Source: an uncultured virus (IMG/VR IMGVR_UViG_3300044545_000147) (lineage: Duplodnaviria; Heunggongvirae; Uroviricota; Caudoviricetes). Taken from it: DNA of 30,910 nt. The notes beneath the pieces were generated by a model. The model saw only the letters and a program-made list of their open reading frames with translations, was not told the origin of the DNA and did not search any database. Shown here piece after piece: positions 1 to 8,084 of this stretch. The stretch's first letter is position 1. Every line of letters starts with the position of its first letter. The stretch lies in IMG/VR virus record IMGVR_UViG_3300044545_000147; one strand, written 5' to 3'. Both the position numbers and the translations under genes were made by a program.

Positions 1-34
1 GGTACCTTGAACGGATGATATGTGAGGTGGAATC

Positions 35-268
35 ATGGACAAGACAAGATATATAGAAAAGAACATCAATAGATTACGTATCATGCATGACCAATATTTA
101 AAGAAAATGGGAATGTCAAAAACTGAATGGGATAATCTTTCTGCGCTGGGGTATGCAAAAGAAATATTGGAAGAAATGTTAAAGCTTCAAAAAATATATC
201 CAGAAAGAGATTTATATACCATATTGTTTCAAGTTAGAATGCAGGAGGCATTATGGGGAAAAAGGTGA
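35..268 (+). CDS. Hypothetical phage protein (77 aa)
   Basis: GAGGTGG RBS upstream of ATG; overlaps next gene; no recognised motif. Confidence 0.7.
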   Translation: MDKTRYIEKNINRLRIMHDQYLKKMGMSKTEWDNLSALGYAKEILEEMLKLQKIYPERDLYTILFQVRMQEALWGKR

Positions 269-465
269 ATTTTCCAACTGAAGAAATATTAAAAAAGTGT
301 CCGTTTTGCGGCGGCACAGCAATATGGGAGCAATCATTTGATCTTTTTTCAAAAGGCAGTATTTGTTATTCAATTAGCTGCAATAATTGCGGAATCAGCA
401 CTCTTCCAATGAATAACAGGGTGAAAGTCATTCAAATATGGAATAAGAGAGACACACACAAATAG
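253..465 (+). CDS. Lar-family (restriction alleviation-like) zinc-finger protein
   Basis: LKKCPFCGG...CNNCG...IWNKR matches the Lar_restr_allev pattern; AGGAGG RBS. Confidence 0.8.
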   Translation: MGKKVNFPTEEILKKCPFCGGTAIWEQSFDLFSKGSICYSISCNNCGISTLPMNNRVKVIQIWNKRDTHK

Positions 466-489
466 GGAAAAAAGGAAGGAGGGATTGAT

Positions 490-753
490 ATGGGAAAAGA
501 GGGAATGCGGCAAATAGTAACTATAGATCCGGATCCTACATACAGAGAGGCAGCAGCGAACATCCGAAAAGAAGCACGGGCAGCGGAGCGAGAACGACTG
601 GCAGCGGAACAGAAAAAGAGAGCGTTGAAAGCAGTGAGAATAATATTGGCAATCAAGGCCATGGCAAAGAATCATGACTTTGAGATAGTAGGCCATCTCA
701 TTCTGCGGGACCATAACTCAGGGAAAGAATATAGGGAAGGAGGGATTCGATGA
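490..753 (+). CDS. Hypothetical phage protein
   Basis: GGAGG RBS; PDPTY..A and FEIVGHLILRDHNSGKEY resemble small conserved Firmicutes phage proteins; ATGA coupling to next gene. Confidence 0.75.
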   Translation: MGKEGMRQIVTIDPDPTYREAAANIRKEARAAERERLAAEQKKRALKAVRIILAIKAMAKNHDFEIVGHLILRDHNSGKEYREGGIR

Positions 754-1220
754 AGAGAACCGCAGAAGAACGGAAGAAAATAGATCAGACAAAGAAATAC
801 CTCTCCCAGGCGTATATGCTTTCGGAAAGGATTGAAACGCTTAAAACAGACCTGGCCAAGGCGGCGCAGCCGTTGTCAGGGATATCTTATGAGTCAGAAC
901 CTGTCAGCTCTTCAAATATCAGCGATCTGGCGGATCGTATGAATAAAGAAGATAATGTGCAGCTGAAATTGCAGGCTAAAATCACAGAGCTGGAAACGAC
1001 GCTGAACCGGATCAGAGATCAGATCAATGGACTGGAAGACAATGTCCAGGCGACGCTTCTGTACAAGCGCTACGTGCTCATGGAGGACTGGGTGACGATC
1101 AATATTGAGATGAAAAAAGTAGCTTGGAGAAATATGTTTCGTGTTCATGATTCTGGATTAATTCACTTTTTTGAAAAATATTTAGAGAAAGTGTCATCAA
1201 ATGTCACTAAATGTCACTAA
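750..1220 (+). CDS. ArpU/RinA-like late transcriptional activator
   Basis: KKYLSQAY...LLYKRYV..W..I...M..AWRNMFRVHDSGL sigma-region-4-like HTH; lies just upstream of the packaging module with repeats at its 3' end. Confidence 0.8.
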   Translation: MKRTAEERKKIDQTKKYLSQAYMLSERIETLKTDLAKAAQPLSGISYESEPVSSSNISDLADRMNKEDNVQLKLQAKITELETTLNRIRDQINGLEDNVQATLLYKRYVLMEDWVTINIEMKKVAWRNMFRVHDSGLIHFFEKYLEKVSSNVTKCH

Positions 1221-1228
1221 ATGTCACT
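1189..1228 (+). repeat. Tandem 10-bp repeat AAATGTCACT x3 plus one degenerate copy; likely late-activator binding sites
   Basis: Exact copies at 1199-1208, 1209-1218, 1219-1228; degenerate AAGTGTCATC at 1189-1198. Confidence 0.9.
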
Positions 1229-1256
1229 TGCATGCATTAAAAATTTTGTTTATGAT
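1228..1256 (+). promoter_or_regulatory. Putative sigma-A late promoter
   Basis: -35 TTGCAT (1228-1233), 17-nt spacer, -10 TATGAT (1251-1256), abutting the phased repeats. Confidence 0.7.
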
Positions 1257-1278
1257 AAAATCAAGAAAATATGAAGAG

Positions 1279-1303
1279 AGCCGTCCAGTAGGACGGCTTT
1301 TAT
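1279..1303 (+). terminator. Terminator/attenuator-like hairpin
   Basis: AGCCGTCC-AGTA-GGACGGCT perfect 8-bp stem followed by a short T tract (TTTAT). Confidence 0.6.
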
Positions 1304-1340
1304 GATACTATGATAGCATATAGAGAGGAGAGATATCATA

Positions 1341-1904
1341 ATGGATAATCAAATTATGACGATAAATGTAGCTTTAATTAGTGCATGTATATCTGCAATG
1401 GCTGTGATAATTACTGGAGGCATATCATACATGGCATTAACGAAGACGAAAAATATTGATTATAAGCATTCGTATTATGAGAAGATATTGCAAAAAAGAA
1501 TAGAAGCATATGAATTTATAGAGCAAATGATATTTGTGTTTTCATGGACAACCGTTACGTCAGATCAAAAACCTTACTATCCGTCGATTGCAACTCAGGA
1601 ACAGATTCTTGAACGAGAAAAGACAATGTTGCAAATCGCAGCATATTCTATTTGGATAAGTCCTGAAATGAATCAGCTATTAGAAAAACTCAACATTATG
1701 CTTTATAAATTAGAAAATATAAAAGATGCAGAATTAATTAGAATTATAGTAAAAAAATATAATGATTTTGGAGAAATAAAAACAAGGATGAAGAACCAAT
1801 TGAATAAAGACATGCTAAATTTATATGATATAGAGTCATTCTTGAAAAATAAAAAGACTGAAAAATTGACTCAAAGATTGGTAGACTTAAGTTCATATCA
1901 TTGA
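1341..1904 (+). CDS. AT-rich moron, membrane-anchored hypothetical protein
   Basis: GAGGAG RBS; N-terminal hydrophobic helix VALISACISAMAVIITGGISYMAL; markedly more AT-rich than flanks. Confidence 0.8.
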   Translation: MDNQIMTINVALISACISAMAVIITGGISYMALTKTKNIDYKHSYYEKILQKRIEAYEFIEQMIFVFSWTTVTSDQKPYYPSIATQEQILEREKTMLQIAAYSIWISPEMNQLLEKLNIMLYKLENIKDAELIRIIVKKYNDFGEIKTRMKNQLNKDMLNLYDIESFLKNKKTEKLTQRLVDLSSYH

Positions 1905-1964
1905 GTCTCAGAAAATGATTTTTTAAAAACAAAACAGAACAATAGGGCGGTGGTGAACATGTAA

Positions 1965-2684
1965 ATGACCGATAGAGATCGAGCCTATAATGACTATCTG
2001 AAAGGCCTGACATACAGGGAAATTGCGGAGAAATATGGAGTCTCCGTGAATACGGTGAAGTCATGGAAACAACGGAATAACTGGCAGCGGGACCAGGCAA
2101 AAAAGGGTGCATCCAAATCAAAAAAGGGTGCACCCTTTCACAATGATAATGCAAGGGGACATTTGCCCAGTACGCCGATGCGCAATAACCGGGCGGAAAA
2201 GCACGGACTCTTTTCCAGATACCTTCCTCCGGAAACGCTGGAAATTGTAGAAGAGATAGAACATCGGTCTCCGATTGATCTATTATGGGATAACATCTGT
2301 CTGAAATATGCAGCTATTCTGCGTGCGCAGAAACTGCTTTATGTCAAAGACCGTGATGATCATACAGGAATCCACAACCGGCATGGTAAATCAGGAGATG
2401 GATATGCAGTTCTCTTTTCACAGGATAAAGAGACTGCATTTCTTTCTGCTCAGTCCCGGGCTATGCAGGTACTTACAGGCATGATTAAGCAATATGAAGA
2501 AATGTGCCATTCCGGACTGGCCACGAAGGAGCAGAAATTACGGATTAAGAAGCTGAAGATGGAGATCAGAGGACCGCAGGCAGCGGGTGAAGATGACGGA
2601 TTAGTGGATGCACTGAAAAAATCAGGAGATCATATTTGGGATGATGACGATAAACAGGATAATGAAGCCGGTGATCCGGTTTGA
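1965..2684 (+). CDS. terS: Terminase small subunit
   Basis: N-terminal HTH (YREIAEKYGVSVNTVKSWKQRNNW), GAPxxNxNA and KHGLFSRYLP motifs; precedes terL. Confidence 0.92.
   Translation: MTDRDRAYNDYLKGLTYREIAEKYGVSVNTVKSWKQRNNWQRDQAKKGASKSKKGAPFHNDNARGHLPSTPMRNNRAEKHGLFSRYLPPETLEIVEEIEHRSPIDLLWDNICLKYAAILRAQKLLYVKDRDDHTGIHNRHGKSGDGYAVLFSQDKETAFLSAQSRAMQVLTGMIKQYEEMCHSGLATKEQKLRIKKLKMEIRGPQAAGEDDGLVDALKKSGDHIWDDDDKQDNEAGDPV
2098..2138. repeat. 14-bp direct repeat and 16-bp perfect palindrome inside terS
   Basis: CAAAAAAGGGTGCA at 2098-2111 and 2119-2132; AAAGGGTGCACCCTTT at 2123-2138 is self-complementary. Confidence 0.85.
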
Positions 2685-3969
2685 GAAGTTCTCAACGAAA
2701 CAAATGCAGGTATTTACCTGGTGGTGCAAATCCTCGCCATACAAAGACCATAACGGGATCATAGCTGACGGATCCATCCGCGCGGGGAAAACCGTATCTA
2801 TGGCGGTATCCTTCATTATATGGGCCATGGACACCTTTGACCGGCAGAATTTCACCATGTGTGGTAAGACAGTGGGAGCTTTCCGCAGAAATGTATGGAA
2901 ATGGCTGAAACCAGTGCTCCTTCTCCATGGATATGGAGTGGAAGAATCGCGGACGGAAAACCTGTCCACCATCCGTAAAGGAGATAAAGAGAATTACTTT
3001 TACATTTTTGGAGGCCGGGATGAAAGCTCTCAAGATCTGATTCAGGGGATCACCTCAGCCGGCACATTCCTGGATGAAGTGGCACTCATGCCGGAATCAT
3101 TCGTGAATCAGGCGACAGGGCGGTGTTCTGTAGAAGGGGCCAAGCTCTGGTTTAACTGCAATCCGGAAAGCCCGCTTCACTGGTTCTTGAAAAACTGGAT
3201 TGAAAAAGCTACAGACAAGAAACTTCTTCATCTGCATTTCCTGATGGATGATAACCTGTCATTGTCGGAAGATACCCGGCAGCGGTACCGATCCATGTAC
3301 AGCGGAGTGTTTTTTCAGCGGTTTATCCAGGGATTGTGGGTTATTGCAGAAGGCGCAATCTACAAAGATGCCTGGGACGATGAGCATAACCTGTTTGGAG
3401 ATGAGAAGCTGGAATGGATTCGGCTGAATAAAGATAGTATGAGGCGGTACATTGCCATTGACTACGGCACAGTCAATCCCATGGTGTTCCTGGATATCTA
3501 TGATGACGGAGATGTAGCCTGGGTCACCCGGGAATACTATTATGACAGCCGTGCAGTGGGTAAAGAAAAAGATAATTCACAATATGCAGAGGATCTTGAA
3601 GAGTTCGTAAAGAGCGGATTCAAGAATCCTCTTTTTATTATCATTGATCCGTCTGCTGCCAGTTTTAAAGTAGAACTTCGGGTAAGAGGAATGCGGTCCA
3701 AAGAAACACCGGAGACCATTAATGCGGATAACTCGGTGCTGGAAGGGATAAGAAATGTATCAACAATGCTGACCAAACGAAAGCTGAGGTTCCACAAAAA
3801 GAACTGTCAGAATACCATCAAAGAAATGAAATCCTATGTATGGGATGATAAAGCGCAGCAGAAAAGCGGGAAAGAGAAACCGCTCAAAGTAAATGATCAC
3901 GGACCGGATGCGATCCGGTATTTTGTAAATACAATTATTCCGGTAAGGAGGCTGGCAAATGCATCGTAA
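2641..3969 (+). CDS. terL: Terminase large subunit, PBSX family
   Basis: Walker A GSIRAGKT, Walker B FLDEVAL, NCNP coupling motif, RNase H-like nuclease IDYGTVNP...DHGPDAIRY. Confidence 0.96.
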   Translation: MMTINRIMKPVIRFEKFSTKQMQVFTWWCKSSPYKDHNGIIADGSIRAGKTVSMAVSFIIWAMDTFDRQNFTMCGKTVGAFRRNVWKWLKPVLLLHGYGVEESRTENLSTIRKGDKENYFYIFGGRDESSQDLIQGITSAGTFLDEVALMPESFVNQATGRCSVEGAKLWFNCNPESPLHWFLKNWIEKATDKKLLHLHFLMDDNLSLSEDTRQRYRSMYSGVFFQRFIQGLWVIAEGAIYKDAWDDEHNLFGDEKLEWIRLNKDSMRRYIAIDYGTVNPMVFLDIYDDGDVAWVTREYYYDSRAVGKEKDNSQYAEDLEEFVKSGFKNPLFIIIDPSAASFKVELRVRGMRSKETPETINADNSVLEGIRNVSTMLTKRKLRFHKKNCQNTIKEMKSYVWDDKAQQKSGKEKPLKVNDHGPDAIRYFVNTIIPVRRLANAS

Positions 3970-5884
3970 CAACAATCGAACACGAAACAGGCAGCGGGCA
4001 TCCTCTGAACCGGTGGTACGGACATCGGTAAGAGATGCCTTTCAAAATGCATTGGCACGGTTGGGAGCGGGAATGCCAAACCTGTTGGAAGGAACTTCCT
4101 ATCCAATGACCAGGCTGACAAGAAACTTCAATCTTCTGAATAGTCTATACCGGTCCCACTGGGTGGTACGCCGTATTGTGGATACTATTCCCCAGGACAT
4201 GTGTAAAAACTGGATACAAATCACATCCAAACTGACACCACAATTATTGGACAAAGCCATAGCGGAAGAAAGACATATCCAGCTGTCCAGGAATATCCTA
4301 AAGGGACTTCGGTGGGGGCGCCTGTATGGTGGAGCTATCGGGTTAATGCTCATTAAAGGACAGGGAGATGATTTGTCCCAGCCGCTGGATCTTGATCGAA
4401 TTATGCCGGGAGACTTTGTAGGGATTATGGTATTGGACCGGTGGAATGGCTGCTATCCATCCATGGACGTATGCAGTGATATTAGTGACCCGGAATTCGG
4501 GCTTCCTGAGTATTACTATGTGACGGATCCGGAAACACAGATGAATATCAATATCCATCACAGCCGCATACTCCGGTTTGAAGGATTGGAACTTCCCTAC
4601 TGGGAATCTCTGGCGGAACAATATTGGGGTGCATCCGTAGTGGAAGTGGTATTTGATGAATTGAGGAAGCGGGATAATGTCTCCTGGAATATTGCACAGC
4701 TGACTTTCATGGCGCAGATGAGAGTCATGAAAGTCAAGGATCTGGATCAGATGTTGTCCACCCTTGATCCGGAAGCGGTGAAGCAGATATATTCCACAAT
4801 GGAAATGCAGAATTGGCTGCTGTCTAATTCCGGCATGCAGCTGATGGGGACTGATGATGATTTTGTAACGCATCAGTATACCTTTTCCGGAATTGCGGAT
4901 GTATATGATAAGTTCATGCTGGATGTATCCGGCGCAGCTGAAATACCTGTTACTAAATTATTTGGAAGATCTCCGGCAGGCATGAACGCTACAGGAGAAT
5001 CAGATCTGCAGAATTACTATGACATGATTGAGGAGAAACAGGAATCAGTCATGCGGCCGATTCTGGATAAAGTAATGCCGGTTCATGCCATGTCATCATG
5101 GGGATTTATTCCTGATGACATGGACTATAAATTTAATCCGGTGCAGAGAACGACACAGGAGAAGCTGGCCAATATCGTTCAGCAGAGGACAACAGCCGTT
5201 CTGGATGCATATAATGCAGGATTGATTGGACGGCAGACTGCACTGAAAGAACTGCAGCAGATGAAGGATGAAACCGGTATGTGGTCTAATATCACCGACG
5301 ATGAAATAGAAGAGGCTGATGACAGACCCCAGATCACTGCAGGAGAGAGTGAATCAGATCCGGCACCGACATTGGAAGAAGCATTGCAGAAAAAGGTGAA
5401 TGACGCTGACTGGGAAGAGAGCAAACATTCCCGGAGAGATGACGGGAAATTTGGGGCAGGCAGCGGAGCGGGTGAATTGGATAAAAAGCATTGGAATTCA
5501 CAAATATCCAGTCGGGTCTTGGGAAAAGAAATTAAGGGGGTAAAAGGAGAAAATGCCGTTAATGCATTATTGAAACAGAAGTCTGGATATGTAAAAGATG
5601 CATTTACGAGGGATGATATCGGTGGTATTGATTTGATGTGGGGAAATGATTGCTTTGGACTCCAACATATTATTAAAAGGAGATCAGAACAACACGAAGA
5701 TATCCAGGCGGTTTTAACTCATTTAAGTGATGTAGTAGAAAAAGGAGAATTGCATCGTGGAATTAAGGGGAAAATGATTATTGAGAAAGATGGACAAAGA
5801 GCTATCATAGCCCCTGATTTTTGTGGGGAAGATATTCGATTTCTTATATCATCTTACGAAATGACCAATAAAAAAAGACTTTGA
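3959..5884 (+). CDS. Portal protein (DUF1073/HI1409 type) with C-terminal KHxRxxxGKF linker and putative BECR-fold (PBECR1-like) endoribonuclease domain
   Basis: LYRSHWVVRRIVDTIPQDM, GRLYGGA, IHHSRILRF, AAEIPVTKLFGRSPAGMNATGESDLQNYYD portal motifs; extra ~160 aa with AFTRDDIGGIDLMWGN..GLQHII. Confidence 0.9.
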   Translation: MHRNNNRTRNRQRASSEPVVRTSVRDAFQNALARLGAGMPNLLEGTSYPMTRLTRNFNLLNSLYRSHWVVRRIVDTIPQDMCKNWIQITSKLTPQLLDKAIAEERHIQLSRNILKGLRWGRLYGGAIGLMLIKGQGDDLSQPLDLDRIMPGDFVGIMVLDRWNGCYPSMDVCSDISDPEFGLPEYYYVTDPETQMNINIHHSRILRFEGLELPYWESLAEQYWGASVVEVVFDELRKRDNVSWNIAQLTFMAQMRVMKVKDLDQMLSTLDPEAVKQIYSTMEMQNWLLSNSGMQLMGTDDDFVTHQYTFSGIADVYDKFMLDVSGAAEIPVTKLFGRSPAGMNATGESDLQNYYDMIEEKQESVMRPILDKVMPVHAMSSWGFIPDDMDYKFNPVQRTTQEKLANIVQQRTTAVLDAYNAGLIGRQTALKELQQMKDETGMWSNITDDEIEEADDRPQITAGESESDPAPTLEEALQKKVNDADWEESKHSRRDDGKFGAGSGAGELDKKHWNSQISSRVLGKEIKGVKGENAVNALLKQKSGYVKDAFTRDDIGGIDLMWGNDCFGLQHIIKRRSEQHEDIQAVLTHLSDVVEKGELHRGIKGKMIIEKDGQRAIIAPDFCGEDIRFLISSYEMTNKKRL

Positions 5885-5962
5885 GAAACCCAAAGACTCT
5901 TGACTAATTGGATTTTATGAGCAAATAGGACATTTCTTCTGCTCAACTCAAAGACTTTTCTT
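5870..5962 (-). ncRNA. Candidate ~95-nt antisense small RNA downstream of the portal RNase domain
   Basis: Minus-strand extended -10 at 5977-5969, internal hairpin 5945-5918, terminator hairpin 5898-5876 followed by the U7 run (5876-5870); both stems gain G-U pairs only on the minus strand. Confidence 0.5.
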
Positions 5963-5968
5963 ATTTAT

Positions 5969-5977
5969 ATTATACCA
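5969..5977 (-). promoter_or_regulatory. Extended -10 promoter (TG-G-TATAAT) on the minus strand
   Basis: Plus strand ATTATACCA = minus TGGTATAAT, perfect consensus; no good -35. Confidence 0.6.
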
Positions 5978-5991
5978 CGGAAGGGAACGAC

Positions 5992-6819
5992 ATGAAGCTT
6001 GATAAATGGAGCCTGCGGCAGCGGATTGAAAAAGACTATGCCAATGCCATAAAAAAACTGACAGACCGGCTGCTGCATAAAATGGGTACTGAAACAGATC
6101 CAACGGCCTTCAAACAAAAAATCCGAGCCATGGCCCGATCCCCTACCTTTACAGAGGCAGCGGAGAAAGCGGCACTGGCCATGCTGACACAGCTGGCGGA
6201 AGACAATGCCCGCACATGGAGGGAAGCTGCCCGGCATAGTTCTAAAGGTCGGATTCTGTACGATGCCATACAGAATGAACTTCATAAAAAATTGGACCGG
6301 CAGTATTGGGAGATTATTTCCAGAAATGCAGACTATATCAAATCACTTCCTGATGAACTGGCGGAAATAGCCAGCCGGCGGGCAGCGGAGAATGCTCTGT
6401 CAGGAAGAAGAGCATCGGATATTATTCCGGAGATTATGGAAATGTATCCCGGACTTGCAAAAAGCCATGCCCGCCTGATAGCCCGGACAGAGACCAGTAA
6501 GGCACAATCCGCGTTGACACGGACACGGGCGGAAAGCATCGGTATCAATTGGTATGAATGGAAAACATCGGAGGACAGCCGGGTGCGCAGCAGTCACCGG
6601 CATATGGATGGAGTACTGATCCGTTTTGACAACCCTCCGGCGCCGGAAACTTTGATTGGTATGAAATCCCAGGGACATTATAACGCCGGGGATATATATA
6701 ACTGTCGATGCTACGCGGCTCCGCTGACAGAAATTGATAACGTCAGTTGGCCGCATAAAGTCTACTATGGCGGACGTATTGTGAAAATGACACGGGTACA
6801 GTTTCAGAAAATTGAATGA
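5992..6819 (+). CDS. MuF/SPP1 gp7-like minor head protein (short form, no toxin extension)
   Basis: ARLIARTETSKA, WKTSEDSRVRSSH, AGDIYNCRC motifs. Confidence 0.93.
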   Translation: MKLDKWSLRQRIEKDYANAIKKLTDRLLHKMGTETDPTAFKQKIRAMARSPTFTEAAEKAALAMLTQLAEDNARTWREAARHSSKGRILYDAIQNELHKKLDRQYWEIISRNADYIKSLPDELAEIASRRAAENALSGRRASDIIPEIMEMYPGLAKSHARLIARTETSKAQSALTRTRAESIGINWYEWKTSEDSRVRSSHRHMDGVLIRFDNPPAPETLIGMKSQGHYNAGDIYNCRCYAAPLTEIDNVSWPHKVYYGGRIVKMTRVQFQKIE

Positions 6820-6835
6820 AAGGATGTGATGCTAT

Positions 6836-8071
6836 TTGTCTGTTGCATATTACGGGTCCCGTATATCAGACCACATTACAATGACTCCGGAGGGATATCT
6901 TGTCTGCCATGATGTACCTATAGCCAGAACGGGGACTCAGAACTATTTGGGAAGAGAGACACCAGACCCGGAAATTAATCCAGAAGCCATTGTGCCGGTA
7001 AACCGTCCGGACGAGGAAGTCTTTTCAAAAGCGGCACTGGCATCTTTTGAAGGAAAACCGGTTACGGATAATCATCCGATGGAAGACATTACATCCCAAA
7101 ATGTATCTGTATACATGAAAGGGATTGTTAAAAATGTTCATCACGGGGCCGAAGAATTCCAGGACTGCATTGTAGGGGATTTGATTATTTATGATCCTAT
7201 GCTGGTCAAATCTATTCAGAATGGAAAACGGGAAATTTCCTGCGGATATAACTGCCTGTGGGATCCAGACGGCAAAGGATATACGCAACGGGAAATCAGA
7301 GGCAATCATGTGGCCATAGTGGATAAAGGAAGGGCCGGTGCAAAAGTTTCAATTCATGACTCAAAACCAGAAGGAGGAAGAAAAAGAATGGGTAAAAAAA
7401 GTTTACTTGGGAGGATTTTATCATCTTTCGCCAAAGATGCAGATCCGGAAGAACTGGCTGAAGCCAGCAAAATGCTTCATGCAGCGGATGAACTTCCGGA
7501 AGCGGGTGCTCCTGCGCCGACCACGAAAGAAGAACCGAAGGAAGTACAGGATGAAGGTCCTGATATCAATGCCCTTATGGAAAAAATTGATGCTCTGTCT
7601 GCTAAGGTGGATGCCATTGTGTCTGCCGAAAAGAAAGAGCCGGAACATCAGGATGATGAAATAAGCACTCTTGATGCATTGGAAGGAGAACTGACCGGAG
7701 AAAGGAAAGAGTCTGCTGCGGAACAGGAAAAGAAAGAAGAAGTCCCTGTTGAGGATGTGCAGGATGAAGAGCCGGCAGCGGAATCTGATCTTCCTAAAAA
7801 TCCGATGACACAGGAAGTCAAAGACGCCGCCATTCAGACAATCCGGACAATGAAGCCTCTGATTGCCGGGATTCAGGATAAAGCGCAGAGGAAAGCAGCG
7901 GCTGACTCTCTGGCTGCATTGATTCGCGGACATGCCCAGGATGCGCAGTATCAGACAGTACTGCATGCGCAGAAAAAGAAAAGTGCGCACGATTCTGCGG
8001 AAGCTGATCAGAGAAACCTGGGAAGAAATTGGATGAAAGAATTTAATCCGCATTATAAGAACAGGAAATAA
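6836..8071 (+). CDS. DUF2213 prohead protease/scaffold protein (TTG start)
   Basis: TPEGYL...VPIARTG, SFEGKPVTDNHP, REISCGY, IRGNHVAIVDKGRAG; acidic scaffold-like C-terminal half. Confidence 0.9.
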   Translation: MSVAYYGSRISDHITMTPEGYLVCHDVPIARTGTQNYLGRETPDPEINPEAIVPVNRPDEEVFSKAALASFEGKPVTDNHPMEDITSQNVSVYMKGIVKNVHHGAEEFQDCIVGDLIIYDPMLVKSIQNGKREISCGYNCLWDPDGKGYTQREIRGNHVAIVDKGRAGAKVSIHDSKPEGGRKRMGKKSLLGRILSSFAKDADPEELAEASKMLHAADELPEAGAPAPTTKEEPKEVQDEGPDINALMEKIDALSAKVDAIVSAEKKEPEHQDDEISTLDALEGELTGERKESAAEQEKKEEVPVEDVQDEEPAAESDLPKNPMTQEVKDAAIQTIRTMKPLIAGIQDKAQRKAAADSLAALIRGHAQDAQYQTVLHAQKKKSAHDSAEADQRNLGRNWMKEFNPHYKNRK

Positions 8072-8084
8072 GGAGGAAATCAAT

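Noticed and set aside
1189..1228. CRISPR-like array
   Set aside because: 10-bp head-to-tail repeats with no spacers; better explained as operator sites
3959..5884. Anti-CBASS Acb1 label often attached to DUF1073 portals
   Set aside because: No pair of HxT/S 2H-phosphoesterase motifs in the extension; it resembles a BECR nuclease instead
5900..5930. Plus-strand TTGACT as a -35 for MuF
   Set aside because: No acceptable -10 at 16-18 nt spacing
5965..6285. Minus-strand 106-aa ORF as immunity protein for the portal RNase
   Set aside because: Lies antisense to conserved MuF coding sequence, lacks a clear RBS and reads as a shadow ORF
5992..6819. MuF polymorphic toxin
   Set aside because: Protein ends about 35 aa after NCRC; no toxin extension or immunity gene
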